Positions 9,485 to 18,902 of a stretch of 64,000 nucleotides of DNA are shown here, piece by piece (position 1 is the first letter of the stretch; every line of letters starts with the position of its first letter). Origin of the DNA: a virus (Duplodnaviria > Heunggongvirae > Uroviricota > Caudoviricetes); the IMG/VR virus record IMGVR_UViG_3300028797_000098, positions 102,321-166,320 of that record; one strand, given 5' to 3'. The position numbers and the translations under genes were made by a program. Below the pieces are notes generated by a model. That model worked only from the letters and a program-made list of their open reading frames with translations. It was not told the DNA's origin and made no database searches.

Positions 9485-9753
9485 TGCACGGCCCGGTGGT
9501 CACAAAGGCGGACTTCTACGAGGCATGCGAACGGTACTTTCCCGAGCATGACATCGTGTTTACGCACAGCCGCATCAGTGACCGGCGGTTCACCGACTGC
9601 ATGGTGGGCGAGACGCTAGTCATGCGGTACTGTCCGCCGGACAAGTACGATGTGCCCCAGATGGTTATCCTCTTTATCGAGGGCGAGGAACCGCTGCATT
9701 GCATGCTGCAGGAAGACCTGTGTGATATCCTCAAAAACTTAAAAGAGTCATAG
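9484..9753 (+). CDS. hypothetical protein
   Basis: Stop/start coupled. Confidence 0.65.
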   Translation: MHGPVVTKADFYEACERYFPEHDIVFTHSRISDRRFTDCMVGETLVMRYCPPDKYDVPQMVILFIEGEEPLHCMLQEDLCDILKNLKES

Positions 9754-9775
9754 GATGGGTGAAAAATGAAACATT

Positions 9776-10318
9776 ATGGAACACGGAGTCAGAATGACCA
9801 ACAATCTTAAGACATTCTTGGATGAATTGCGTACACTCGAGAATCGGTACGGGGTTCATATTGTTACAACCGGCGAACAGGTAATTACCGTATCCGATAA
9901 GCATGCGAATGTCTGTTTTTGCAACGGAGAAATTACGCCGACCGGTATCGCGGCGGAACTTGAAAAACTGAAAAACGTGGTTAATACTGACTCCAACGTC
10001 AGGGAGCTAAGTGCGAATTCACCTACGGACATTGAGTGCACATTCGCTCTGTCTGATTTCATTACTATTCCAGGCCTCTGCTATCATTGGGACAACCAAG
10101 ATGCTAGTCCGGATAGCTTCATCGAATTCATCTGTGAGCGCAAAGATGACACTGTACGTGTGACGCTGTATCACGTGTACGATAATAACCAGTCGGCTGA
10201 GGAACTTGACCAGTTAGAATATATCCTGGATGGCCACAGTTATGATATTACATTAAAAATAACAGTGAGACCGCGTGATGATGGCACGTGGTTTAAACTG
10301 GAATCATGGACTATTTAG
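9776..10318 (+). CDS. hypothetical protein
   Basis: Packed run; start may be MTNNLK. Confidence 0.65.
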   Translation: MEHGVRMTNNLKTFLDELRTLENRYGVHIVTTGEQVITVSDKHANVCFCNGEITPTGIAAELEKLKNVVNTDSNVRELSANSPTDIECTFALSDFITIPGLCYHWDNQDASPDSFIEFICERKDDTVRVTLYHVYDNNQSAEELDQLEYILDGHSYDITLKITVRPRDDGTWFKLESWTI

Positions 10319-10325
10319 GTCATGC

Positions 10326-11060
10326 TCAGTTGGGAATCTTACGTTTTTCTTCCCAAATCTTCTTCAATTCGGGATGCTCTGACCCAAGGCGCCCCCACAT
10401 GTCCCCGATTTCACGGAACTCTCGCCCATGGACACGACCGATTGCCTTGTCCTGGGCGAAACCGTTGATAATAAGGACTGAATTGGCGTCTATGGTCACA
10501 TGGTGGGTGCCGTTCAGGAGGCACAGGAGCCTCATGAACTCGTCGTCCATGAACTTAAAGTACTTGATGCCGAACTGTGCATCCAGGTCATACGTGGAAC
10601 CGGGCGGATACAAAGCGACACCATACCTAACGCCGTCTATACTGTGCCTGTTCATCCAGGAGTACGGCTGTCCGGCACATCCATATATTACCCTGTCCGG
10701 ATGTTCGGTGTGAAGCTTCCACAAGGTCTTCATGAAATGCGGATATGCGGTAGAATCGTCGTCTACGGTAATGATTGGTAAGCTTGGATACTTCTCCTTC
10801 ACGGGGAAGTATTTTTTGTATGGACCAGTATTGGCGACCGTCCAGAGGATTTCAAAGTTTTCGCATCCCTTTGCCAGTTTCAATATGCCCTCCGGCACTT
10901 CGGCTTCCTTACCGGGGAATTCGTCCGATGACAGTACCAGTACCACCTTGAACGGTACCGGGGATTCCTGGGTGATGTAGGAGAATATGACCGGGGCGGT
11001 AAGCTCGTTGTATATGCGCCCCTTCCAGCTTGTAAGGGATATGATGACTTGCGGTTCCAT
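10326..11060 (-). CDS. putative GT-A-fold glycosyltransferase
   Basis: VIISLTSWKGRI...LVLSSDEFP...TGPYKKYFP...IITVDDD pattern; DxD-type motif. Confidence 0.6.
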   Translation of the reverse strand: MEPQVIISLTSWKGRIYNELTAPVIFSYITQESPVPFKVVLVLSSDEFPGKEAEVPEGILKLAKGCENFEILWTVANTGPYKKYFPVKEKYPSLPIITVDDDSTAYPHFMKTLWKLHTEHPDRVIYGCAGQPYSWMNRHSIDGVRYGVALYPPGSTYDLDAQFGIKYFKFMDDEFMRLLCLLNGTHHVTIDANSVLIINGFAQDKAIGRVHGREFREIGDMWGRLGSEHPELKKIWEEKRKIPN

Positions 11061-11080
11061 GCCTGGAAACTACACCAATG

Positions 11081-11109
11081 TTGCCATTTCTAGCAGGAAA
11101 TGCTACATT
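11081..11109 (+). promoter_or_regulatory. sigma70-like promoter TTGCCA-N17-TACATT
   Basis: Exact consensus; ATG 6 nt downstream. Confidence 0.85.
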
Positions 11110-11115
11110 TTGAAC

Positions 11116-11544
11116 ATGAATACACACTTATGCAAGCCATTGGACGACAGCGAGGATGCTCTCGCACTGGATATCGAAGTTGCTGTGAACGGAAGGTTCC
11201 CCGATCCCAGGAGACATTATGCAGGCGAGTTCGTCTGCATGACCGTGTACCTCTCCAGCAAGAACGAATTTATCACCTACGGTACCCACGATATTACATC
11301 GGATACCAGAGCTTCGATTGCTGCCAAATGCGGAAAGTTTGTTCTCTGCAAGGATGAGAAAGAAATGGTGCAAAGGGCGCTTTGGATGATTGAAACGGCT
11401 AATCCGACCTATGCCTTCGGTGACGATACGGAGCCGGCACTCATGGCCCTATATGCCCGAGCAAATGAACTAGGCGTGGTGAAACCGGATCTTGGCAAGA
11501 TGTTCAGGAAATACGATTCGCCGTATGCCGCATACTGTGTATAA
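11116..11544 (+). CDS. stand-alone family-B DNA polymerase 3'-5' exonuclease-like domain (degenerate)
   Basis: ExoI-like ALDIEV..NGRFPDP and DEKEMV motifs; ExoII/III not conserved. Confidence 0.5.
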   Translation: MNTHLCKPLDDSEDALALDIEVAVNGRFPDPRRHYAGEFVCMTVYLSSKNEFITYGTHDITSDTRASIAAKCGKFVLCKDEKEMVQRALWMIETANPTYAFGDDTEPALMALYARANELGVVKPDLGKMFRKYDSPYAAYCV

Positions 11545-11554
11545 GGAGAATGCC

Positions 11555-11860
11555 ATGTCTGAAAGTGCATACGAACAAAAAGACCTTACAATGGTCATGT
11601 CTGGACCGATCCGCAACCCGTATATTGAAATGAGCCTTAATGCCAAGGCATATTTCGAGGCGTACCGTGACCTGTGCCGCTTGCGCATCAGTTACGCACG
11701 CCGGTCGAAAGCGCTATTGGCTGCCGAGTATATATCCAACCACATTGACGGCGCTACAATGAGTGGCCGCAAGCTGTTCTGGTCACGTAGCGAGAACTAT
11801 TGGAAAAAGAAACTGGAAGAATCCTTCCAGCGCGAGAAGGACTACATGGAGGGCAAGTGA
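11555..11860 (+). CDS. hypothetical protein
   Basis: AAGGAG upstream. Confidence 0.65.
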   Translation: MSESAYEQKDLTMVMSGPIRNPYIEMSLNAKAYFEAYRDLCRLRISYARRSKALLAAEYISNHIDGATMSGRKLFWSRSENYWKKKLEESFQREKDYMEGK

Positions 11861-12840
11861 TGGAACCGTTTAGCAAAAATTATGATACGGATTGGATTGA
11901 GACCAAGGAGGTCGGCGGTGGTTTCTTCAGTACCGAAGATCGCCATACGGTATATACTACGCATGTGATACCGGTAAAATTCAGTTTCCTGAAAGAACTT
12001 CCAAACGGATATCTCATTTTTGAAATGAGCAAACCGAATGCAAATCTTGGCAATTCGTTCGATGAACGGTTTTCCAATGCGTCCTATGCGATTATTCACC
12101 CGGATGTCATTGACCATCATTCGTCTGAGTATATGAAAGACAGGTGCATTAGCAACGGCATTGACATGTTCGAGTGGATTTACCAGCAGTATATGTATGA
12201 ACAGGCTGGTGAAACCGGGTTTGAACATCCGCTGTGGGGATATTATCATTATCACGCTCCGAACACTATGACTAACCACATCTTCCTGAAACTCAAGGAA
12301 ACGATTCCGTCCAAGCAGTGGTATGGCCATACTGATGTCTGCATTAACGATGTGGCCAAGATTAAGAAGACTTGCATGGTGAAGGATGATTTCCTTGCCA
12401 CCCTGGAACGTATCCTTGATTACGAAATCAACAAGGTTGCCAAGACGACAACCAAGCAGTTGAACAAGGGTCTTTCTATGGATGACATGTTCAATCGGGA
12501 TATCCTTCCAATTTGCGAAAAGGCTATGCGTAAGCTGGAATCATTTGGATTGCCGAAGTTGTCAATTCACAAATTGTGTGGTGACCATACATACGTGGAA
12601 TATGTCATCCGGGAGGAATCGTACATGGTCAACCGGGTATTCATCTCGTATTATCCCGACAAGAAACGAAAGGTGGCCGTGTACAATAACTGCGAAAGCG
12701 TGTTCAATGATAAGTATCATGCACATGTCAGCGACTTCGGATACCAGTCGGGCTCAGTATTCGAAAATGAGATCTTTGGTGCAATTTTGGCTGCGTACTT
12801 TGCCGAGCGGTTCGCTTCAATACAGGAGTTGATGAAATGA
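11860..12840 (+). CDS. hypothetical protein
   Basis: Long ORF coupled to the previous stop. Confidence 0.75.
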   Translation: MEPFSKNYDTDWIETKEVGGGFFSTEDRHTVYTTHVIPVKFSFLKELPNGYLIFEMSKPNANLGNSFDERFSNASYAIIHPDVIDHHSSEYMKDRCISNGIDMFEWIYQQYMYEQAGETGFEHPLWGYYHYHAPNTMTNHIFLKLKETIPSKQWYGHTDVCINDVAKIKKTCMVKDDFLATLERILDYEINKVAKTTTKQLNKGLSMDDMFNRDILPICEKAMRKLESFGLPKLSIHKLCGDHTYVEYVIREESYMVNRVFISYYPDKKRKVAVYNNCESVFNDKYHAHVSDFGYQSGSVFENEIFGAILAAYFAERFASIQELMK

Positions 12841-13580
12841 ACGTTGATGAAATGACCGATGAGAAGCTTGATGAAATTCTTTTCATGCGATGCAAGGAAT
12901 ATGACGATAAGGTGCGTGCGGACCTGATGAACCGCATGACGCACATGTCCGATAACCCAAAGGCCCTGCTGAAGCACTTTGCCCACCTGGTCGAGGTGTT
13001 CAACAACCAGGTATGGCTCATCCATATATACCGCGAGTTCATCAGCGCCATAAACAAGGAAATCGATGTCCAGTGCAATGCTGCGAAGTCGCAGGGTGCC
13101 AAGCTTGATGCCGGAAACCTCACAAAGGTCATGGATGAATTCAACAAGCAGCTTAATGAAGCCAGGGACCTGTGCAAGCGTTGCGAGCCGGATTCCTTCA
13201 TGAAGATGGGTATCTTCAAGATTACTGATGTGAAGACGAATGAACAGCCTGACCTGCCTGTGTTTAAGACACCCAGAGACCTTCCCAAGAAACCTGATTT
13301 TAACGATGACCTTGACAAAATCAGGTCCTATATCCTCATGAGGTTCCCGTGGCTCATGAATGGGCCGGAGCAGGTGAAATTCTACTATATCGGGGTAAAC
13401 GATGCCAAGATGAAGGTGTTCCGCGCAGAAACCAAGAGTGGGAAATATGTGGACTTCATGTACAACCAGTGCCAGGAAGTCCAGTGGCTGAAGGAGCAGC
13501 TTACGTGGCCGTTCCCCGAGGAACATCCGGAAGCCGAATACGAAATGTACAATGTCTTGTACGGGAGTAAGAATGCGTGA
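12837..13580 (+). CDS. hypothetical protein
   Basis: ATGA overlap with the previous gene. Confidence 0.75.
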   Translation: MNVDEMTDEKLDEILFMRCKEYDDKVRADLMNRMTHMSDNPKALLKHFAHLVEVFNNQVWLIHIYREFISAINKEIDVQCNAAKSQGAKLDAGNLTKVMDEFNKQLNEARDLCKRCEPDSFMKMGIFKITDVKTNEQPDLPVFKTPRDLPKKPDFNDDLDKIRSYILMRFPWLMNGPEQVKFYYIGVNDAKMKVFRAETKSGKYVDFMYNQCQEVQWLKEQLTWPFPEEHPEAEYEMYNVLYGSKNA

Positions 13581-13854
13581 GGAAATGAAGGACAGCATCC
13601 AGCTCAATCTGGAGAACTATGTCCAATCCGTAAAAGGGCCATTGAATGATATTCATGCCCGACTCGCGGTGAAGGATATCCATGGCAAGATTGAGAAGGC
13701 GTTGGGCAACATTACGGCATCCTGCGTGGCCCGCGCAAGGCCCATAAAGTCAGAATCCAGACTGTTGACGACCTGGCAGACCGAAATCCTTGAAATCATG
13801 GAAGCGAACGGTGTTTCCGAGGAAAATATCGGGAAGGTGCTGGACCTGCTCTAG
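13573..13854 (+). CDS. hypothetical protein
   Basis: GGAG upstream. Confidence 0.65.
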   Translation: MREEMKDSIQLNLENYVQSVKGPLNDIHARLAVKDIHGKIEKALGNITASCVARARPIKSESRLLTTWQTEILEIMEANGVSEENIGKVLDLL

Positions 13855-14555
13855 CCTTTGTGCTTGTAGTATTCCATCTGCTGAAGGTGCTTCTTGGCCT
13901 CGGATTCCGACTTGTGGGATGACAGGATCTTGCCGGTCTCATGGGAAACGATGGCCCACGGGGCCTCTTCGCCCTTGGAATTCTTGTGGCCTTTCACGTA
14001 TTTCACCGACTCCACCAATGGGGCCGGTTTTTGATAATTGGACATGGACTTGTCGCCCCTTCGGTTCCAGATTTCGCCAAGGATACTTCTTGGCAGGTTT
14101 TCCGGAATGAGCGAGAGGAGCCTTTCCACATCCTTGTCCGTGTGACCATCGAACGGTTTGGCCTTCTCGATTTCCTTGCATTTGAATCGGTCCCAGTCCT
14201 TCATCGGGTAATGATAGGAATATGGTCCTTTCGGAGTTTCGATGCAGACGAGGAAGTTTTTTCCACCGAAGCATGGCTTTCCGTCGTCATGCTTCTTTGT
14301 CTTCCAGGAAATCTTCGGGAACAGGTTTACCAGAGCGGCGAACAGGACACAGCGCTGGTTGTACAGGTCATTGAAAGTGTGGTTTCCGTCAGACAGGTCA
14401 CCCTCATCCTTTACGCCCGCAATCTTGCATGCCTCCTTGATGGCCTTCTCCATCTTGGTATCCTTGGCTTCGAATATGGCGGTAAACGCCTTTGCACTTG
14501 CTTCCATGAAGGGGCGAGGGATGTCAAGCTGTGATAATGATTCAAGGAAATTCAT
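13851..14555 (-). CDS. WDGH-like domain phage protein with basic C-terminal module
   Basis: SDGNHTFNDLY..R..LF...WKTKKHDDG...SYHY...FDGHT..DVERL pattern recognised from memory. Confidence 0.55.
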   Translation of the reverse strand: MNFLESLSQLDIPRPFMEASAKAFTAIFEAKDTKMEKAIKEACKIAGVKDEGDLSDGNHTFNDLYNQRCVLFAALVNLFPKISWKTKKHDDGKPCFGGKNFLVCIETPKGPYSYHYPMKDWDRFKCKEIEKAKPFDGHTDKDVERLLSLIPENLPRSILGEIWNRRGDKSMSNYQKPAPLVESVKYVKGHKNSKGEEAPWAIVSHETGKILSSHKSESEAKKHLQQMEYYKHKG

Positions 14556-14559
14556 GTCT

Positions 14560-14569
14560 ACAGTTTATA
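14560..14569 (-). promoter_or_regulatory. candidate late-type promoter TATAAACTGT
   Basis: The same 10-mer lies upstream of the amidase (25749-25758). Confidence 0.45.
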
Positions 14570-14576
14570 GGTTTTG

Positions 14577-14605
14577 TTGCCATTGGGCACCGGTTTTGCT
14601 ACATT
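14577..14605 (+). promoter_or_regulatory. sigma70-like promoter TTGCCA-N17-TACATT
   Basis: Exact consensus; ATG 6 nt downstream. Confidence 0.85.
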
Positions 14606-14611
14606 TATACC

Positions 14612-15052
14612 ATGAATTATCCACAAGCAAATCAAGAAATGACGGTTGGTGCTTTCAAGGAAATGACCGACCATATCGAGAAGCAGAGCCGTTTTCCGTT
14701 CCACAAGAGGATGAGCACTCTCGATGGGGCATTCCGCTATGCGAAGCTTGCCCTGGAAACTTACAGCAATGCAAAGGCTACTGTTGAACCTATTGACGAA
14801 GGCATATGGAAGTACCGCATCACTGTCGATGAAGTGACAGAGCCCAAGAAGGAAGAGGAACTTCCTCCGTGGGCAGCAAATGAGACCATGGATCCGGTCG
14901 AAATGGCTCAGATCATGCTTAAAACTGCCTGCAAGTTTGACGATGCGGAAGCCATTGCTGAGGCGACTGCTGATCTCGCGACTGCACAGGTGGCCAAGAT
15001 GCTTGTAACCGAGAAGAAACCGTATAAGGGGGATATCGATGAGACCCATTAG
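14612..15052 (+). CDS. hypothetical protein (leaderless candidate)
   Basis: ATG 6 nt after the -10 box. Confidence 0.7.
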   Translation: MNYPQANQEMTVGAFKEMTDHIEKQSRFPFHKRMSTLDGAFRYAKLALETYSNAKATVEPIDEGIWKYRITVDEVTEPKKEEELPPWAANETMDPVEMAQIMLKTACKFDDAEAIAEATADLATAQVAKMLVTEKKPYKGDIDETH

Positions 15053-15455
15053 TCAAGTCAGGAAGGAAATCCGTGATGTGTTACTTAGTGTTGGGGAGTT
15101 GGACACTGAGGTGGCCACGTATTACCAGGCGGCACTCGAAGTCAGTCTGGACTGGCAGAAACGTTTTGCTTCCGACGCCACGAAGCAGGATAGCGAAATG
15201 TTCCGCGACTACGTCTTTGCTCTCCGATATGCCACCCTGGTGTTGCTGACAGTGAAGGACGAACTCAAAAGGGCCAATTACTTTACCAGGATTGAAAACT
15301 GTGTTGTCGATCCGGACACCGGTGTCCTGTATGATTGGCGTATCGCGACCTTGAATGGCATTCGGAACGAGGCACATCGGGACATCGTTGATTGGAATAC
15401 TCCTCGTCTTATCAAGATTAGCGTGGGCGACATGAGGACTTTGGAGGAAGAGTAG
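15039..15455 (+). CDS. hypothetical protein
   Basis: Packed run. Confidence 0.65.
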   Translation: MRPISQVRKEIRDVLLSVGELDTEVATYYQAALEVSLDWQKRFASDATKQDSEMFRDYVFALRYATLVLLTVKDELKRANYFTRIENCVVDPDTGVLYDWRIATLNGIRNEAHRDIVDWNTPRLIKISVGDMRTLEEE

Positions 15456-15457
15456 AA

Positions 15458-15808
15458 ATGAGCGAAACGCAAGAACGCGAGGACAATACCGAGTCTAAAT
15501 TGTTCCAGGAAAGCTACCGAAATGACAGGCAAGCGTATATCGAAATAGTCGAGGACAAGTTCAATGATATCATCGCCATCCAGAAACTACTCAACAAGTA
15601 TGGTGACAGAAAACTGTCCGATTTATTGGAAAATGTCCAGGGACGTTATGACATGGCACGTGAACTCCTTGACGACTTCTGCAAGGAAGAGAACGAGGCT
15701 ATAAGCGCCCTTGAAAAGAAGTACAAGCCAGGTGAGCTTGTTGCGCTTACGTGTAAATCTAGGGACATAGTGGACCTTGCAATCAAGTATTTGAAGGGGG
15801 AAATCTGA
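15458..15808 (+). CDS. hypothetical protein
   Basis: Packed run. Confidence 0.65.
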   Translation: MSETQEREDNTESKLFQESYRNDRQAYIEIVEDKFNDIIAIQKLLNKYGDRKLSDLLENVQGRYDMARELLDDFCKEENEAISALEKKYKPGELVALTCKSRDIVDLAIKYLKGEI

Positions 15809-16074
15809 TGGCGTTCAGTCCTACTTCGATTACCATTGACAAGATTGCCGAGGGAATTACAGATTTTACCGTCGTTTTTGATTATATCATCAAGGTATCC
15901 GGATTCAAGCTTGCGCCGGACGTTAGGGATGTTGGCCTATTTAAATGGAAAAGCTGGAAAATAATATGGCCGGACAATATGTCCATAATGGACCCTTGGC
16001 AGGATGATATTGAGCGGAAAATTGAGAAAGAATTAAAGGAGGCTATCAGTGCTGATAAGAAGAACGTTCAGTGA
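15808..16074 (+). CDS. hypothetical protein
   Basis: Coupled stop/start. Confidence 0.6.
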   Translation: MAFSPTSITIDKIAEGITDFTVVFDYIIKVSGFKLAPDVRDVGLFKWKSWKIIWPDNMSIMDPWQDDIERKIEKELKEAISADKKNVQ

Positions 16075-16229
16075 TGCGGGACATCTGACTGATTTTGTCA
16101 ATGAGAATGACATTGACCGGGATGACATCCAGTCTATATCGGCGGTGACGCCCAATATGTTTATTCTGTGGTATTGGGAACCGGTTGAATCAATCCCAAT
16201 AGGATTCATTCCAGAAGAAGAATAATAAT

Positions 16230-16460
16230 ATGCGCTGCAGATGTTGTCCATACCTTGAATTCGACTATTCAGAGAACTGCTCATTCTGTGGTATCTTCGG
16301 GTGGGATAGTGACGAGTTTTCTGAAAATAGAAATGGTGAGGAAGGATGCCGGTATAACGGGGTGACACTCGAAAAGTATCACCGGCTCAACGTAGCTTCA
16401 TTGTTTGAAGTCGATTGCTGTATCGACCCCCATGTAAAACAGATTATTGAAGGACGATAA
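16230..16460 (+). CDS. hypothetical Cys-rich protein
   Basis: Packed run. Confidence 0.6.
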   Translation: MRCRCCPYLEFDYSENCSFCGIFGWDSDEFSENRNGEEGCRYNGVTLEKYHRLNVASLFEVDCCIDPHVKQIIEGR

Positions 16461-16461
16461 C

Positions 16462-16782
16462 ATGAATGTAAAATTTAGGGAAGGCGTTTCCGAGGAAGTG
16501 AAGGACGAGGTTCGCAAGTTTATGCATGAATCGTCATTCGCTGAGTTTTTCGACGGAGTGTCGGCGAGCTATGCGCCATTGTACCATTTTCTTGTTGAGA
16601 TGAACTGTCACGCTGTTTTGCATGTGGACTATATGGAAATCATGCCGATGGACGTATGGGTTAAGGAAGAGATAGCTTCATGGCCGCCCAATTATTCGGC
16701 ATATTATGGGTATATCCTTCATGACTACCTGGTAAGGGCTGGTTTCCCGATTGACAAAGTCAATGAATGGATGAAGGGATAG
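16462..16782 (+). CDS. hypothetical protein
   Basis: GAAGGA upstream. Confidence 0.6.
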   Translation: MNVKFREGVSEEVKDEVRKFMHESSFAEFFDGVSASYAPLYHFLVEMNCHAVLHVDYMEIMPMDVWVKEEIASWPPNYSAYYGYILHDYLVRAGFPIDKVNEWMKG

Positions 16783-16785
16783 ACT

Positions 16786-17061
16786 ATGCACGAAATCATA
16801 ACGGACCCGAAAGAATGGGTACTTAACTGGTTGGAAGATCGCTTCCAGGTCACCCGCCAGTGCCTTGAAAACTCAACATGCCTGGCCGACTGCACCATGT
16901 TCGATGTCGTGGACGGGATGCTGATGGAATGCGATGCGGCAACCGACTTCGACTGTTTCATCACTGACGGCACATTCAGTGAATGTACCACCGTAAATGA
17001 ACTGGTTGCCGCGTTGGAACGTGTGATCGAGAATGAACGCAAGAAGGAAAACGAAACATGA
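16786..17061 (+). CDS. hypothetical acidic protein, possibly acyl-carrier-like fold
   Basis: D.V..MLM....FD..I.D..F....TV.ELV..LE pattern; no DSL serine. Confidence 0.5.
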   Translation: MHEIITDPKEWVLNWLEDRFQVTRQCLENSTCLADCTMFDVVDGMLMECDAATDFDCFITDGTFSECTTVNELVAALERVIENERKKENET

Positions 17062-17333
17062 AAAATGGCAAATCCTTGACACAGAGGCAGATTGACTTAA
17101 AGACTCTTACCATTGGTAAGTTTAAACAGATTATTCGTAAGTCTAAGTTACCTGATGATGCACCAATGTTTGCTGATTATCCGAAAGGGTGGAGCGGCAT
17201 ATTCCAGGTCTATAAGCAGGATGGTGGGTTGTATTTACTCGCATCGGACAATGAAGATGATAGCGGAATAGGCGGTGGAACTGTGGTACTTGATACTCTG
17301 TTGTGGCAGGCTGATGGTTTAAGTGAGGAGTAA
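17058..17333 (+). CDS. hypothetical protein
   Basis: ATGA overlap. Confidence 0.6.
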   Translation: MKNGKSLTQRQIDLKTLTIGKFKQIIRKSKLPDDAPMFADYPKGWSGIFQVYKQDGGLYLLASDNEDDSGIGGGTVVLDTLLWQADGLSEE

Positions 17334-17334
17334 T

Positions 17335-17559
17335 ATGGCTGAATATCATGTAGGATGCGGTATGGCTGCAATTTATGCCGGTACCATCAAGAACCCGGGC
17401 GATTGGAAGTGCAAAAACGATGTAACAGATGAGGCGCTTCGTTCAGTTGCTGAATACATGCTCGGCAAGATTAAACCGGGTGATAAAGCGTATGAGATTA
17501 CCTGGACTAACCGGAATACGGGCAAGAAGATTGTCCTTACTTGTCATCAGGAGGAATAA
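17335..17559 (+). CDS. conserved-looking phage hypothetical protein
   Basis: GAGGAG upstream; YHVGCG...IYAGT...DVT.EA...VA pattern. Confidence 0.65.
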   Translation: MAEYHVGCGMAAIYAGTIKNPGDWKCKNDVTDEALRSVAEYMLGKIKPGDKAYEITWTNRNTGKKIVLTCHQEE

Positions 17560-18156
17560 ATGCGTTTCAATGGGGTTGAACTGTATGAAGTAACTGCTGA
17601 CCGGTGGAACGGAAAGACTCGTTCCATGGTTGTGTGGAACACCTCGGATGCCACGCCAAGCGTAGGTGAAGTATATGGGGTATTCTTTACTGATAGCAAG
17701 CCGGTGTGGTCGGTCAGGATTCTTGACAAGGAACTGAAAGCTGAACATGTTGCGGACATTCCCAATATTGAAACTAAGAATACGGCTGAAATGATCAAAC
17801 TGCGTGAGAAAATTAATGAATACTCATCAACCTGCCAGTTCATGCGAAGCCAGTTGGAAAAGGCAGAACAGAAAAACAAGGAATTGCAGTCGATAAATGA
17901 CCAGTATTATTTCATCGACCAGTGCATCAACAAGAAGGTTCCGTGTAGCAATGATTATGTGAATGCTCGATTGGGACAGATGTATCGTGATTGGGACTTC
18001 ACCTGGAACTTTGAAGGTGACCTGATTCATGTGCGATTTGCTGAAATGAATGGATTCCCAAAATCTGGGTGGGACATCTGGCTGACAAATACACTTGACT
18101 TGAAGCTGAAACGCCGTAGGCATGACCGAGATGGTGTAACGGAGAATTTTGATTAG
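17560..18156 (+). CDS. hypothetical protein
   Basis: GGAGG upstream. Confidence 0.7.
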   Translation: MRFNGVELYEVTADRWNGKTRSMVVWNTSDATPSVGEVYGVFFTDSKPVWSVRILDKELKAEHVADIPNIETKNTAEMIKLREKINEYSSTCQFMRSQLEKAEQKNKELQSINDQYYFIDQCINKKVPCSNDYVNARLGQMYRDWDFTWNFEGDLIHVRFAEMNGFPKSGWDIWLTNTLDLKLKRRRHDRDGVTENFD

Positions 18157-18164
18157 GAGGTATT

Positions 18165-18896
18165 ATGAAGTCAAAGAACCATGCCGAAATCATGCGTATC
18201 AATAAGCAGATAGAGGCACTTGAACAGCGACGCAGCAAGTTATTTGAGGAAGATTCAAAACTGGAGCACGAAGCCAAGGAAAAGGCTTGGAAGGATGAAA
18301 ACGCGGAAGCCATTAGCTTTTGTAAGAAACTCGTAGGAAAAGCGTTTTCATTTGGTCCTAAAGTCATCAAACATCATAATCCATTTGGTGAGCCGCCTGG
18401 ATATGATTACGTTAACGTATATTTCCCGCTTTGCATAGATTATGCGGATAAGTATAATGTGCATCTGTATTGTCGCCAGATGGTAAATGATGATCACGCA
18501 GCCAGATTGACTGACCGGCATACTATGACTTTGCGGGTGTCTTATTTGGATGGAACATACAAGCCGACCGAGCACGAGATTTACAGCGGCGCGGTGCATA
18601 TCTTGACTGACGACGAACTTAAAATTGCATTTGATTTCTGGCTGAAAAAAACAAATGACCTATTTGCTAACGAGTTCACTAAGAATACGAAGAGACCTTG
18701 GGAATGCTCGTTTGACCCGGACAAGCATCTGATGTTCAGTACAAAGAAATTAGAAAAAGAAGCCAAGGATGCCGAAGAGGAAAGGTTCCTCAAGGAACGC
18801 GCGGCGATACTTTCGGCACGGGAAGTGTATTACCGCTTGCTGAACGATAGTGAATATGGCAGCATACTTCGTGCAGAAAATGAACACAACTGGTGA
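18165..18896 (+). CDS. hypothetical protein
   Basis: AGGAGG upstream. Confidence 0.75.
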   Translation: MKSKNHAEIMRINKQIEALEQRRSKLFEEDSKLEHEAKEKAWKDENAEAISFCKKLVGKAFSFGPKVIKHHNPFGEPPGYDYVNVYFPLCIDYADKYNVHLYCRQMVNDDHAARLTDRHTMTLRVSYLDGTYKPTEHEIYSGAVHILTDDELKIAFDFWLKKTNDLFANEFTKNTKRPWECSFDPDKHLMFSTKKLEKEAKDAEEERFLKERAAILSAREVYYRLLNDSEYGSILRAENEHNW

Positions 18897-18902
18897 TAGA
18901 AT

